The notes under the pieces: model-generated
Told to the model about the DNA's origin: nothing
What the model saw: only the letters and a program-made list of their open reading frames with translations
Database searches by the model: none
Translations under genes and position numbers: made by a program
Shown: positions 41,142 through 51,909 of the stretch, piece by piece
How the letters are laid out: each line of letters opens with the position of its first letter
How positions within the stretch are numbered: the first letter of the stretch is position 1
Assembly (NCBI GenBank): GCA_042408215.1
Contig: JAYFMW010000030.1
Span: 160,001-224,000, forward strand
DNA: 64,000 nucleotides
Reading direction: 5' to 3'
Origin: Microcoleus sp.
Lineage (GTDB): Bacteria > Cyanobacteriota > Cyanobacteriia > Cyanobacteriales > Microcoleaceae

Positions 41142-41616
41142 GTAAGTATCAGCGGAGTCTATTCAGACTTCTGTGTTTGATTGCCCGATCGCACATTTCG
41201 ATTAATCCAATAGTCTCTGACTATCTCACGAATCTCGATCGCCATGTCAACCTTGAGCGTGCCAACACCCTACACCATGCAACTGTTGCCTGAGAACCAG
41301 AGCCGACGAGGACAAACACTCTAATTCCCAATTGTTGGCTCCAAGTTTTTTGTGCTGCTTGGTTATGTCCTTCATGCTCTTAAAATAGCACAAACTTCCC
41401 GCACAACAACACTTTCTTTACCAAACTTGATACTTTTTGATATTTTGAAATACTTCCGCCAAAAACATAACAACCAGCTCCCCGACTGAGCCGAAGTTGT
41501 CGGGGAGCTAAGGCGCGATCGCTATGCATCTCCTTGGTGTCGTGACCGAAGTAACGTAGCCATCAAAGGCTAAGACTGGCTATTTCTCCACAGACTGTAC
41601 TGGTTGTCCAGCGTTG

Positions 41617-42333
41617 TCAGTGTTTAGCGGATAGCCACAAAGCTTCCCAAGTTGCGGCCCCGACTATACCGTCGGCTGGTAATTGATATTGCCGCTGAGC
41701 CGCCTTGACAGCAGTTTGGGTTTCCCGGCCAAATACTCCATCCGCACTCGATCGCAAAAATCCCTTGGCCCGCAGTCGCTCTTGCAAATCCCTAACAGTT
41801 TCCCCGCGCATTCCTCTTTTCAAAACGGGAAAATTTGCAGGCGCCAATTGGGGGTTAATCTCAGAGTTGTCAACAGCAGTTGCAGGAGGGTTGACACTCG
41901 CGCTGCTTGACGCCGGAAACAGCCGATTCCAAGTATCTTGACCCACTATACCGTCAGGAGCCAGGCCGGCAGCTTCCTGAAATTTAGACACGGCCTTGGC
42001 GGTGCTTTGTGAAAAAATGCCGTCTACAGTGTCAGAGTACAATCCCAATAACTTAAGAGCAGCTTGGAGTTCGATCACTTCCGAGCCCCGACTGCCCAAT
42101 TTGAGCGCTGGGCGAGCGATCGCACCGATTTGGACGATGGGGGTGTTGCTGTTGTCGGTATCAGAGGTAGGAAGCTTTGCAGCATTAGCAGTAGGGGCGA
42201 TCGCACCAGCCAATAAACCGCACAAGCTCCAGCCCAGCAGCCGACTCGGAACCTTGCGGGCCCCCTTCCACCTTACTGTCTGGTTTCGGAGCATCAGAAA
42301 TTTGACCTTTGCAAAACTGGTGCGATCGTACAT
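41617..42333 (-). CDS. Secreted peptidoglycan-binding domain protein (2x PG_binding_1)
   Basis: Two LKxGxRGxxV..LQ..L...DG.F...T..AV..Q...L..DGIVG..TW repeats; signal-like segment. Start uncertain. Confidence 0.85.
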   Translation of the reverse strand: MYDRTSFAKVKFLMLRNQTVRWKGARKVPSRLLGWSLCGLLAGAIAPTANAAKLPTSDTDNSNTPIVQIGAIARPALKLGSRGSEVIELQAALKLLGLYSDTVDGIFSQSTAKAVSKFQEAAGLAPDGIVGQDTWNRLFPASSSASVNPPATAVDNSEINPQLAPANFPVLKRGMRGETVRDLQERLRAKGFLRSSADGVFGRETQTAVKAAQRQYQLPADGIVGAATWEALWLSAKH

Positions 42334-42349
42334 CAAATCAGGGAAAATT

Positions 42350-42457
42350 TGGGAATTGGGAATTGGGAATTGGGAATTGGGAATTGGGAATTGGGAATTG
42401 GGAATTGGGAATTGGGCATTGGGAATTGGGCATTGGGCATTGGGCATTGGGCATTCC
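42350..42457. repeat. STRR heptamer tract (GGGAATT/GGGCATT)
   Basis: Tandem heptamers. Similar tracts at ~19520-19572, ~39565 and ~49730-49808. Confidence 0.9.
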
Positions 42458-42576
42458 CAGCCCTTCCCTCTCATAAAAAAAAATTATCTCTCTGAAATAG
42501 CTGCAATTGGCAAAAAAACTGCTAGATTGCGCTAGATAAAACATTGAACCGAGTTCATCGGGTTTTCTTCAACACC

Positions 42577-44387
42577 ATGTCCGAATCAATCAACGACATC
42601 AGAACCGCCAGCCAAATAGACATCGGCAACGTCAACATTGGCAACTTCCAAGTCGGTAGCATCGGCGGCACAAAATACAACGACCTCAACGCCAACGGCC
42701 GCCCCGATCCCGGAGAAGTCCCAATTCCCAACTGGCAAATCTACCTCGATATCAACAATAACGGCAGGGCGGACTTTAACGAACCTTCCACCCTCACCAA
42801 CGGCAAAGGCAACTACATCTTTTTGACATACTCCCCGACCTAAAGGTGCGGGGATTTCTTGACGCTTCATAGCAACGCGCTCCGCAAGCGGTAGTCTTAC
42901 CGTCGCTCCACGTCCGTTTAGAGTCTCCCAATGCCCTGTGGCGACTATCTGTATTCTAGCAAAAAGCCGTCCTAGAAGGACGGGGCTTGTATCCCAGTTT
43001 TTTGGTCAATATTCCCGCAGATACATATTTGGTGAGAGAAGTCCAGCAACCGGGTTTTCAGCAAACTACGCCCAACCCAGACCCGGTAAACGTTACTTCC
43101 AACGCCTCGATCGGCAATATTAACTTTGGTAATGTCTTTTTTGTCGGTAGCATCAGCGGACTCAAATACAACGACCTCAACGCCAACAGCATCCGAGATG
43201 CGACGGACCCGCCCCTCGCCAACTGGCAAATCTACATCGACCTCAACGCTAATGGCAGATTAGACGCGAAGGAACCCAATACTTTCACAAACCCGCAAGG
43301 GAATTATACTTTTGGGAATCTTTCCCCCGGCCGCTATTTGGTGAGGGAAGTTCAGCAACCGGGATGGGCACAGACTACGCCAAATCCAGGGCCGATCGAC
43401 ATTACCGGCAATACCAACGCTGTCGGCGTCAACTTCGGCAACAATTTGCCCATCGGTAGGATCAGCGGCTTCAAGTTCAACGACCTCAACGCTAACGGGA
43501 TCGACGAACCCACAGAACCGAAAGTTGCCAACTGGCCGATTTACCTTGACCTCAACAACAATAACAGCCTAGACCCGATCGAACCTGCGACTTTAACCAA
43601 CGCCCAAGGTAATTTCTCTTTCATCAACTTGGGTCAAGGCAGCTATTTGGTCAGGGAAGTGCCACAGCCCGGTTTTCGGCAAACAACACCAAATCCGACT
43701 CCCCTGACTGTCAGCAACGGTACAAATGCCACTAACATTAGCTTTGGCAACGTGTTGGTAACGGGCAACATCAGCGGTGTCAAGTTTAACGATTTTAACG
43801 CCAACGGCCTCCTCGATCCGGGGGAACCGCCGATCGCCAATACCCAAGTTTACATTGACCTGAATAACAACAGCAGTTTAGACCCAGGGGAAGCGAGTAC
43901 CTTCAGCGACGTTCAAGGCAATTACAGCTTCCGCAACGTTCCGGTGGGGAGTTACGTGCTCAGGGAAGTAACGCCTCCTGGTTCCATTCAAACTACCCCG
44001 CCTGCTGTTGTGACTGTCTCGACGGGAAATCGGGCTAGCAGTATTGATTTGCTGACGGGTGATGCTGAGGGTAAGTCGGCTAAATCCTTAAGTAGGGACC
44101 CGCTGACCGATGCCAGTAACTACGGGGGTGAGGTGTCTGCAACCAGCAAATTTGAGGCAGATAGCTTGCTTTGGAGTGAGGGTCGTGGTAATGATCAAAT
44201 TAATGATTTTTTGGTCGATCGACCTTTGACGAATTTAGCCAACATTCTTCTTAACTTTGGGCAACAAAATATCGGTTTGGAGACTAATGCAGAAAGCAGC
44301 GATTTTGTCAAGACAAATTTATTAATTAATTCGGCGATCGCTCTGTTCCCTAGCAGAACAAGTGTCGGAGACTTCGCCCTTGTTTAA
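42577..44387 (+). pseudogene. SdrD B-like (Cna-B) repeat surface protein interrupted by a 182-bp IS605 mini-element
   Basis: Repeated GxKYNDLNANG..D..E..I.NWQIYLD.N.NG...G.Y.F....G.YLVREV. Removing 42823-43004 restores ...GNYIF|VNIPADTYLVREV. Confidence 0.85.
42823..43004 (-). mobile_element. Non-autonomous IS200/IS605 derivative (left-end hairpin plus tnpB-3'/omegaRNA-like right end)
   Basis: Shares AAGCCGTCCTAGAAGGACGGGGCTT with the left end at 41101-41125. Right end CCCCGCACCTTTAGGTCGGGG-AGTATGTCAA. No target-site duplication. Confidence 0.85.
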
Positions 44388-44936
44388 GATGCAACGACAC
44401 CGCCGGCAATGAATCCCAAACTGCGGGGATTGACCAGGGAAGAGCGGGCGATCGCGTGATACCCTATTGTTGTGAATCCCCCAGCACTCAAACCAGAGTT
44501 CCAGTAAGCCCAAAGCTGGCTTGATTTTTGATCGAAGAGGGGGGAACAAAATTCAGAGGCACTACCATCTCTGTTTTTAGGAACTATTAGACCATCCCTC
44601 CAGGTGCGATCGGCCTCGTGCCCTGGTCGAGAGTCACGGAGGTACAGTTAGTCTTAGGGTTTTTCATTTCTCAAAAAAGCAAGTGTCCAGCGGAAGAAGA
44701 ACGAGGCGCGCAAGTCGAAGATATTGTGCTCAAAATACCACCGTTCTTCAAAACCTGATATACTTGCCTGCGATAAAGCTTAAGGCATTTTTGTGTCAGG
44801 TGGGACACAATACATTGAATGCAGACCTATGTAAAATCGAATAGCGGTTGTCAGCTATCAGCAAAAGCTCTCAGCAATTGACAAACCCATACAATAGTCT
44901 GTAATTTACGTGGATTTAGGTGTGAAGGAGAAAATC

Positions 44937-47522
44937 ATGGCAGCAACAGATACTACTCAAGAACGCATTGCCCAGCAACTACAGCCAGTTCTAGTTGGGA
45001 ATACTGGCCCGGCAATTCTAGGAATCAAGTTCAATGACCTGAACGGAGATGGCATCAGACAGGGAAATGAACCGGGTCTGGCGAATATCCCCATCCTCCT
45101 CGAATCAGCAACCAGCACCAACGGTGTATTTAATGCTGGTACTGGGGAAGTCTCAACCACTACGGACGTTAACGGCGCCTTCTCATTCATAAATCTTGTC
45201 CCTGGCAATTACGTACTCACGGAAACCGCAATACCTGCTGGTTTCCGTGCTAGTACCCCCAACCCCCTCGCTGTCAATGTCGCCAACAGAAATGTCAACG
45301 TTTTGTTTGGAAACACCGCAGTTATAGGTAGCCGGATTGTAGGATGCAAATACTTAGACATAGATGCCGACGGCTTTCGAGATGGGAATGAACCGGGCAT
45401 TAAAAATGTCAGAATATATCTGGATTTAAATGGCAACGGCCAACGCGATGCAGCGGAACCCAACACCTTAACAGACAAAAATGGTGGATGGGCGTTTAAT
45501 GTAACACCCGGAACCTACAAAGTTCGGGAAGAACGGATCAGGCCGCAAATTCCTGCCGATCCGAACAGAATAGAAACTAATGCTACGAACGCAGAACCCT
45601 TAGAAACACAAGATTTTCCCCAAAGCACTCCCCCAGGCAACATTCCCGTACTGGACGTGACGGTAGCCGCCGGTCAAACCTTTGCCTGCGCTCAAGTTGG
45701 CGATACTCCGCTCTATCAAATTGAAGTTAACAAATTTCAAGACATCGATCGCAGCGGCACGCGAAATGTTGTCGGTGGAGTCATAGAACCCCCCATTGCT
45801 CGAGTACCCTTCATTTTAGATTTGAACGGGAACGGTCGCTGGGATTCAGGGTCTGAGCCGATCGCCATCACTGATGCAAACGGAGTAGTTACCTTCAAGG
45901 ATTTGCGGGCTGGCAATTATTCAGTGTTGGAAACTTTTCCAACTGTACTACCGGCAGAAGTAGGTGGCGGAGCCCCAGGCAACCTCAATGCCCCAGTAGC
46001 AACCACTCCCAACCCCACTCTGGTCTCGGCACCAGGGCCGCAGGCGCGATTCCAGGGTACGATCAGCAAAGAGCAACCGCTGTTAGTAGTAGACACAACC
46101 TATACACTGAAAGCAAACGACCCTAAATTCGTAGACACCAACCTCGACGGCGTTCAACAAACAGGTGAAAGATCTATTGCGGTGACAGGTGAGCGGCCGA
46201 TTTTTGCAGCGCCAACTGCAACTTTACCAGCGCGCAACCCCCAACCATCACTTACCTTTTCTCCTGTTGGAGCTACTCAGGGTGTTGGCAGTAATGCTGG
46301 TGTGGGCAACACTCGACCGAACATCAATGTCTTCAAATACAATGACTCAAATGCAAACGGTCGCTTTGAACCAACTCAGGGTGAATTGCCAATTAGCGGT
46401 GTCACCGTCTTCCTCGATGCCAACAATAGTGGGACTCCCGACGCTGGAGAACAGCAAATCCAGACAAATAACCTGGGTAGAGCAGCTTTTACCAACTTGG
46501 CATCTGGCAACTATGTCGTCCGGGAAGTTGTACCCTCTGGTTTCTCGGCTTCCACTCCCGCTAGCGTCAATGTGACCCTCAACACTCAGGATGCCAACGT
46601 TACCTTTGCCAACACACCCAACAGCAACATCACCGGTTGCAAATTTGAAGACTTTAACCAGAACGGTTATCGAGATGGCAATGAACCAGCCATTCCTAAT
46701 GTCACCATTTTTCTAGATACCAATAGCGATGGTCAGTTGCAAGCAACAGAACCCACTACTACTAGCGATCAGTTTGGTACCTTTAGATTCAACAATTTAG
46801 CCCCCGGCACTTACAAGATTCGAGAAGTAACACCTCCTGGTTATTTCCAAACGACTCAACCTGTGGATGTTGTTCTCGGTGCGAATCAAACATTTACTTG
46901 CGCTTTGGTGGGCAACTCTCGGTTCTATGACCTTAAAGTTCCTAAATTCCGAGACGACAACCGCAACGGTATACAAGACGGAAGCGAACCGCCCCTAGTT
47001 GGCATTCCGTTCACCTTGGATTTGAACAAAAACGGCCGCTACGATACTGCGACAGAACCGCTGGTGAGAACTGATGCTGCTGGTATTGCTCTGTTTCCTA
47101 ATTTGTCCCCTGGCACCTACTCGGTTTTGGAAGTCTTCGATGCGAGCGTTCAGAATCCGTTCCCGATCCCAACTGGGCCGAACCCGGTTAGCTTTGACGT
47201 GCCTGGCCCTAACGCAGTCCCTACGCAGACAGGAGTTGTGTCGGCAAAAAGTATTTCTAGCGTCGATTTGCTGACTGGCGATACGGCTACGGCTACGGCT
47301 ACGGCTACTGCTGATCCTCTGACTGACGGTGGCAGTTCACTCGATGCTACGGTTCAAGCCAGCAGCGTCGATAGCTTGATCGCACCTCAGAGTGCAGCTA
47401 TGAGCTTTGTTGACCTTAACAAGTTTAAGGACTCGCTAAGTTCGCTGACTACAGTAACGACAACAGATAACTCTCTCGATAAATTACTGTTAGGTGCTCC
47501 TGCTACGACTCCGCTGTTTTAA
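44937..47522 (+). CDS. SdrD B-like (Cna-B) repeat surface protein
   Basis: AAGGAG RBS; multiple KF.D.N.NG..D..EP...V.I.LD.N.NG..D..EP...T...G.F.F.NL.PG.Y.VRE repeats. Confidence 0.85.
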   Translation: MAATDTTQERIAQQLQPVLVGNTGPAILGIKFNDLNGDGIRQGNEPGLANIPILLESATSTNGVFNAGTGEVSTTTDVNGAFSFINLVPGNYVLTETAIPAGFRASTPNPLAVNVANRNVNVLFGNTAVIGSRIVGCKYLDIDADGFRDGNEPGIKNVRIYLDLNGNGQRDAAEPNTLTDKNGGWAFNVTPGTYKVREERIRPQIPADPNRIETNATNAEPLETQDFPQSTPPGNIPVLDVTVAAGQTFACAQVGDTPLYQIEVNKFQDIDRSGTRNVVGGVIEPPIARVPFILDLNGNGRWDSGSEPIAITDANGVVTFKDLRAGNYSVLETFPTVLPAEVGGGAPGNLNAPVATTPNPTLVSAPGPQARFQGTISKEQPLLVVDTTYTLKANDPKFVDTNLDGVQQTGERSIAVTGERPIFAAPTATLPARNPQPSLTFSPVGATQGVGSNAGVGNTRPNINVFKYNDSNANGRFEPTQGELPISGVTVFLDANNSGTPDAGEQQIQTNNLGRAAFTNLASGNYVVREVVPSGFSASTPASVNVTLNTQDANVTFANTPNSNITGCKFEDFNQNGYRDGNEPAIPNVTIFLDTNSDGQLQATEPTTTSDQFGTFRFNNLAPGTYKIREVTPPGYFQTTQPVDVVLGANQTFTCALVGNSRFYDLKVPKFRDDNRNGIQDGSEPPLVGIPFTLDLNKNGRYDTATEPLVRTDAAGIALFPNLSPGTYSVLEVFDASVQNPFPIPTGPNPVSFDVPGPNAVPTQTGVVSAKSISSVDLLTGDTATATATATADPLTDGGSSLDATVQASSVDSLIAPQSAAMSFVDLNKFKDSLSSLTTVTTTDNSLDKLLLGAPATTPLF

Positions 47523-47577
47523 TGTTAACTTGGGTCTCTAGTTCGAGACTCAACAATTAGCAGTTAGGTTGTTTTTA

Positions 47578-47988
47578 AAGAAACCCACCCTCCACAACCA
47601 TAGGTTATAGGGCGGGTTTATTTATCTCTTGAATTCCCCGAAATATTTTTCGTGAAACCCGCCCCTACAACTAATAGATACCGAGGGGAGTAGGGCGGGT
47701 TTTACCGACAATCTTTGAGGATAATTCACAAGTTAAATAAACCCGCCCCCCGCAACCATAGGTTATAGGGCGGGTTTATTTATCTTTTGAATTCCCCGAA
47801 ATATTTTTCGTGAAACCCGCCCCTACAACTAATAGATACCGAGGGGAGTAGGGGCGGGTTTTACCGACAATCTTTGAGGATAATTCACAAGTTAAATAAA
47901 CCCGCCCCCCGCATTCAGAGACTCGGAGGGCGGGTTTATTTATCTCTTGAATTCCCCGAAATATTTTTCGTGAAACCCGCCCCTACAA
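47578..47988. repeat. REP-like cluster (AAACCCGCCCC / GGGCGGGTTT) in ~173-bp repeating units
   Basis: Near-identical blocks with inverted AAACCCGCCCCTAC/GTAGGGGCGGGTTT motifs. Confidence 0.8.
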
Positions 47989-48147
47989 CAAATATTTCTG
48001 CTTTGATTGACTTATTAATCCAAAAATGGTAAGAAATTAAGACTGTCTGCTGACTGATGATTTTTGTATCAACCAACGCCGATCGCCTATCTGTAAAGAG
48101 CTACTATAGTTGCAGCCGAAGTTAACTAGAGTTTAAGAAGAACTAGC

Positions 48148-49413
48148 TTGTCTCAACTCCCCATTGCTTTAGAGTTCCCAGCAAATGTCTGGAAGCTGAA
48201 TAACGGGTTAACCGTCATTCACCAGCGCCTGAAGGCCACACCTGTGGTCGCACTAGACGTGTGGGTAAAGGCGGGCGCAACGCTGGAGCCGGATTCGTGG
48301 TCGGGAATGGCTCACTTTCTCGAACATATGATATTTAAAGGGACTGATGCGATCGCCCCCGGAGAATTTGACCAGGTAATCGAAAATCGCGGCGGTGTCG
48401 CTAATGCAGCTACAAGTCACGACTACGCCCATTTTTATGTCACGGCGGCGGCCGATTATTTAGCAGAAACTACTCAGCCATTAGCAGAATTGCTGCTGCG
48501 TGCTTCGATTCCCGATCGGGAATTCGATCGCGAACGAGCTGTGGTGCTAGAAGAAATCCGTCAAGCTCAAGACAATCCCGATTGGCTCGGTTTCCAAGCA
48601 ATGATGGAAACAGTTTATCAGCGTCATCCCTACAGGCGATCGGTACTGGGCACAGAAGAGCTGCTGATGTCGCGAACACCTCACGAAATGCGCTGTTTCC
48701 ATCGCTCTCATTATCAGCCAGAAAATATGACTGTGGTGATCGTTGGCCCAATTGAGGAAGAACAGGCTAGGGAAGTGACTGGTAAAGCTTTTGAGCTGTT
48801 TTCTGACCGGTGGGATTGTCCCAAGTTGGAGGCCCAAGCAGAAGCGCCTCTGGTGGGAATTCGCCGTCAGGTACTCCACCTCCCCAGATTGGAACAAGCG
48901 CGGCTGACGATGGCTTGGACGGGGCCGGGAGTTGAACAGTTGGAAAGTGCTTGCGGCTTGGATTTGCTGTCGGTGTTGCTCGCTGACGGGCGATCGTCTC
49001 GTTTAGTCCGGGAACTGCGGGAAGAACTACAATTGGTACAGGCGATCGAGAGCTCTTTCTCGCTACAACGGGAATCGAGTTTATTTACCATCAGTGCTGT
49101 TTTGGAAGCGGAGGATGTCGAACAGGTGGAATCTCTGATTTGCGATCGCATCTGGGAATTGCAGTCTGAGCCGGTTTCTGAGGTAGAATTGCGACGCTGT
49201 AAGCGCTTGCTGTGCAACGATTTTGCTTTCTCGATCGAAACACCAGGACAACTAGCAGGTCTTTATGGGTATTATAATACGATCGCCAATGCCGAATTAG
49301 CCCTCAGCTATCCAACCAAAATTCAGGCCTTCGATCCATCCAACCTCCAGCGTTTAGCTCAACAATATCTTTCTCCCCGACACTATGCCGCTGTGGTGCT
49401 AAAACCAATTTAG
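48148..49413 (+). CDS. M16 family metallopeptidase (catalytic subunit)
   Basis: GMAHFLEHMIFKG (HxxEH); ERAVVLEE; SSRLVRELRE. Confidence 0.92.
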   Translation: MSQLPIALEFPANVWKLNNGLTVIHQRLKATPVVALDVWVKAGATLEPDSWSGMAHFLEHMIFKGTDAIAPGEFDQVIENRGGVANAATSHDYAHFYVTAAADYLAETTQPLAELLLRASIPDREFDRERAVVLEEIRQAQDNPDWLGFQAMMETVYQRHPYRRSVLGTEELLMSRTPHEMRCFHRSHYQPENMTVVIVGPIEEEQAREVTGKAFELFSDRWDCPKLEAQAEAPLVGIRRQVLHLPRLEQARLTMAWTGPGVEQLESACGLDLLSVLLADGRSSRLVRELREELQLVQAIESSFSLQRESSLFTISAVLEAEDVEQVESLICDRIWELQSEPVSEVELRRCKRLLCNDFAFSIETPGQLAGLYGYYNTIANAELALSYPTKIQAFDPSNLQRLAQQYLSPRHYAAVVLKPI

Positions 49414-49517
49414 TCAGTAGTCGGTAGTCAGTAGTCATTAGTCATTGGTTATTAGTTATTGGTTATTTGCGGCGCCCTGAGCGTAGTCGAAGGGTTATTG
49501 GTTATTTGCTACCAATT

Positions 49518-49720
49518 CCCATTGGTGTCAACTTAACTTCAAATCAGGAGTCTCTCTTGTTTGTACCGAAGCTTCGATCCCCCCTAACCCCCCTTAATAA
49601 GGGGAGTAGGGGGTGGGACAAGAAAATTTCTCTTTCGTCCCCCTTATTAAGGGGATTTAAGGGGATCTAGACTTTGCATAAAAGCGACATTTATTATGGG
49701 TTTCAGTCTTAAGTTGACAC
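49518..49720. repeat. CCCATTGGTGTCAACTTAA...TTAAGTTGACAC MITE-like element
   Basis: Same terminal inverted repeats as the inner element at ~26.9 kb and ~51.2 kb. Confidence 0.75.
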
Positions 49721-49821
49721 TAACAACCAATTCCCCATTCCCCATTCCCCATTCCCCATTCCCAATTCCCCATTCCCCATTCCCCATTCCCCATTCCCAA
49801 TTCCCAATTAAATAATTCACA

Positions 49822-51090
49822 ATGAAAAATGAAATCCAGCGCACAGTTTTAGACAATGGTATTGTTGTTTTGGCAGCAGAAAACCCCGCAGCAGATATTA
49901 TTGCAGCTAGGATATTCCTACGGGCTGGTAGCCGCTGGGTACAGCCAGAACAAGCTGGATTATGTCACTTGCTGTCGGCGGTAATCACTAAGGGAACCGA
50001 TCGACTTTCTTCCCTAGAAATTGCCGAACGTGTAGAATCGGTGGGAGCGAGGTTGGGTACCGATTCAACTTCAGACTATTTTTTAGTGAGTTTGAAGACG
50101 GTTTCAGCCGACTTTACGGAGATGTTGGAGTTGGCGAGTCAATTGATGCGATCGCCCACTTTCCCGGAAGCAGAAGTAGAACTAGAACGCCGCATCGCCA
50201 TATCAGCAATTCGTTCGCAACAAGAACAACCATTTTCGATCGCCTTTGAGCAATTGCGGCACGCGATGTACCAGGAACACCCCTACGCTTTCTCTCCCTT
50301 GGGCACGGAAGCTACCATGTCAAACCTGAGTAGAAGCGAGATCGAACAGTTTCACCAAACCTATTTCCGCCCGGATAATGTAGTTATTTCTGTAGCCGGG
50401 AGAATATCAACGGAAGATGCGATCGCCCTGGTCGATCGCATTTTTGGCGACTGGAAAGCCCCAGAAACACCGCTGCCCACTTTAAGTTTACCCCCCCTCA
50501 CACCCCACCCCAAATCGACCGTAAAATCGCAAGAAACCCAGCAAGCAGTGATTATGTTGGGCTACCTTGCACCGGCAGTAAAAGATGCTGACTACGCAGC
50601 GCTGAAGTTGCTCAATACTTATTTGGGAAACGGTTTGTCGAGTCGATTGTTTGTGGAATTGCGGGAAAAGCGAGGCTTGGCTTACGATGTTTCCTCGCTC
50701 TATGCGACGCGCTTGGATGCGGCGCAGTTTGTGGTGTACATGGGTACTGCGCCAGAAAATACGGCGACTGCTTTTGAAGGATTGCGTACAGAGGTCGATC
50801 GACTTGCTAATATTCAACTTGACGAGGAGGAATTGCAAGCTTGCAAGAATAAAATGCTCGGTCAATATGCTTTAGGAAAACAGACTAATTCCCAAATTGC
50901 TCAAGTTGTAGGCTGGTACGAAACCTTGGGATTGGGAATTAAATTTGACGAACAGTTTCAAGCAGAAATTGCGGCAGTTACGGCTTCAGAAGCTAGGGAA
51001 GCTGCTCATAAATTCTTTATCGAACCCTATGTTTCTTTGGTGGGCCCGGAGGCGGCGATTACAGAGTTTGGGCTGGCGGCTGTTTGTTGA
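49822..51090 (+). CDS. M16 family peptidase-like subunit lacking HxxEH
   Basis: HLLSAVITKGT replaces HxxEH; LSSRLFVELREKRGLAY. Confidence 0.88.
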   Translation: MKNEIQRTVLDNGIVVLAAENPAADIIAARIFLRAGSRWVQPEQAGLCHLLSAVITKGTDRLSSLEIAERVESVGARLGTDSTSDYFLVSLKTVSADFTEMLELASQLMRSPTFPEAEVELERRIAISAIRSQQEQPFSIAFEQLRHAMYQEHPYAFSPLGTEATMSNLSRSEIEQFHQTYFRPDNVVISVAGRISTEDAIALVDRIFGDWKAPETPLPTLSLPPLTPHPKSTVKSQETQQAVIMLGYLAPAVKDADYAALKLLNTYLGNGLSSRLFVELREKRGLAYDVSSLYATRLDAAQFVVYMGTAPENTATAFEGLRTEVDRLANIQLDEEELQACKNKMLGQYALGKQTNSQIAQVVGWYETLGLGIKFDEQFQAEIAAVTASEAREAAHKFFIEPYVSLVGPEAAITEFGLAAVC

Positions 51091-51128
51091 GGTTGTTTGT
51101 AGAAGAGGGGCGATCGCTTTACGGCACT

Positions 51129-51455
51129 TACAGCGGAAACCGCTGTTATGAGGTACACCCACTTATCGTTCAATCCTCCTAGGGACACGGCAATGCCCAT
51201 TGGTGTCAACTTAACTTCTAACCCAGTCAGAGAATGCTGTTTGACTATTAAGGCCAGATCCCCCCTAGCCCCCCTTAAGAAGGGGGGGACAGGAGTCTTC
51301 TCAAAGTCACCCCCTACTCCCCTTCTTAAGGGGGATTTAGGGGGATCTAGACTCGGCTGTGAACGAGATTTCTCAAGGCTTTCAGGCTTAAGTTGACACC
51401 AATGGGCACCCGAAAAGTGTCCCTACCGTGTTTCATAACAGCGGGAACTGCTGTA
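51129..51455. repeat. Nested palindromic MITE/REP composite (second copy, inner part inverted)
   Basis: Same layered inverted repeats as 26850-27210. Confidence 0.8.
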
Positions 51456-51619
51456 TCAACGAAGCAGACTATTTTTGCTGCCCTAATCTCGACTGAAAAC
51501 AGACAACCTTAACAGATTTTTTACTGTTGACATAACGGTTGCGTTCAACGGCGGTACAAAGTTTTGAGTCATCCCCAAAGTATGGATTCCGTGCGTTACA
51601 ACGCAGAGTTTTGTTGCTC

Positions 51620-51829
51620 TTTCTAGAAACGATTGAGATTAAGTTAGCCCTCAGTCTTAATCTCAAAGAACGTCGGCAAAGATTGATGACACAGGCAGAG
51701 TTGGCTGAGAAAATCAACTCCAGCCAACCTCCTATTGCAAAGGCTGAAAATGGCGAAGATTCGGTTTCCATTGAACTCTTAATACGCGCAATCTTGGCAA
51801 CAGGTGCAACGCCTCAATATCTAGGGTAA
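51620..51829 (+). pseudogene. XRE-family HTH fragment (antitoxin-like), 5' truncated
   Basis: MTQAELAEKINSSQPPIAKAENG..SVSIELLIR. No credible start upstream. Confidence 0.6.
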
Positions 51830-51909
51830 ATTATTGCTAACTCACCCACAATACTATAGCCTTATTTTCTTTGATAAAAATCCAAGTGCAGGTAATTGTT
51901 AGGCTGAGG

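Noticed and set aside
42334..42474. N-terminal extensions such as PIPNSQF repeats (also 19418-19558 and 52741-52869)
   Set aside because: Translations of STRR heptamer tracts; true starts lie downstream.
47578..47988. Repeat block as CRISPR or ncRNA array
   Set aside because: Alternating inverted REP motifs with duplicated intervening sequence.
48148..51090. M16 peptidase pair as the RiPP leader protease
   Set aside because: Common cyanobacterial gene pair 11 kb away, with host-like composition and many HIP1 sites.
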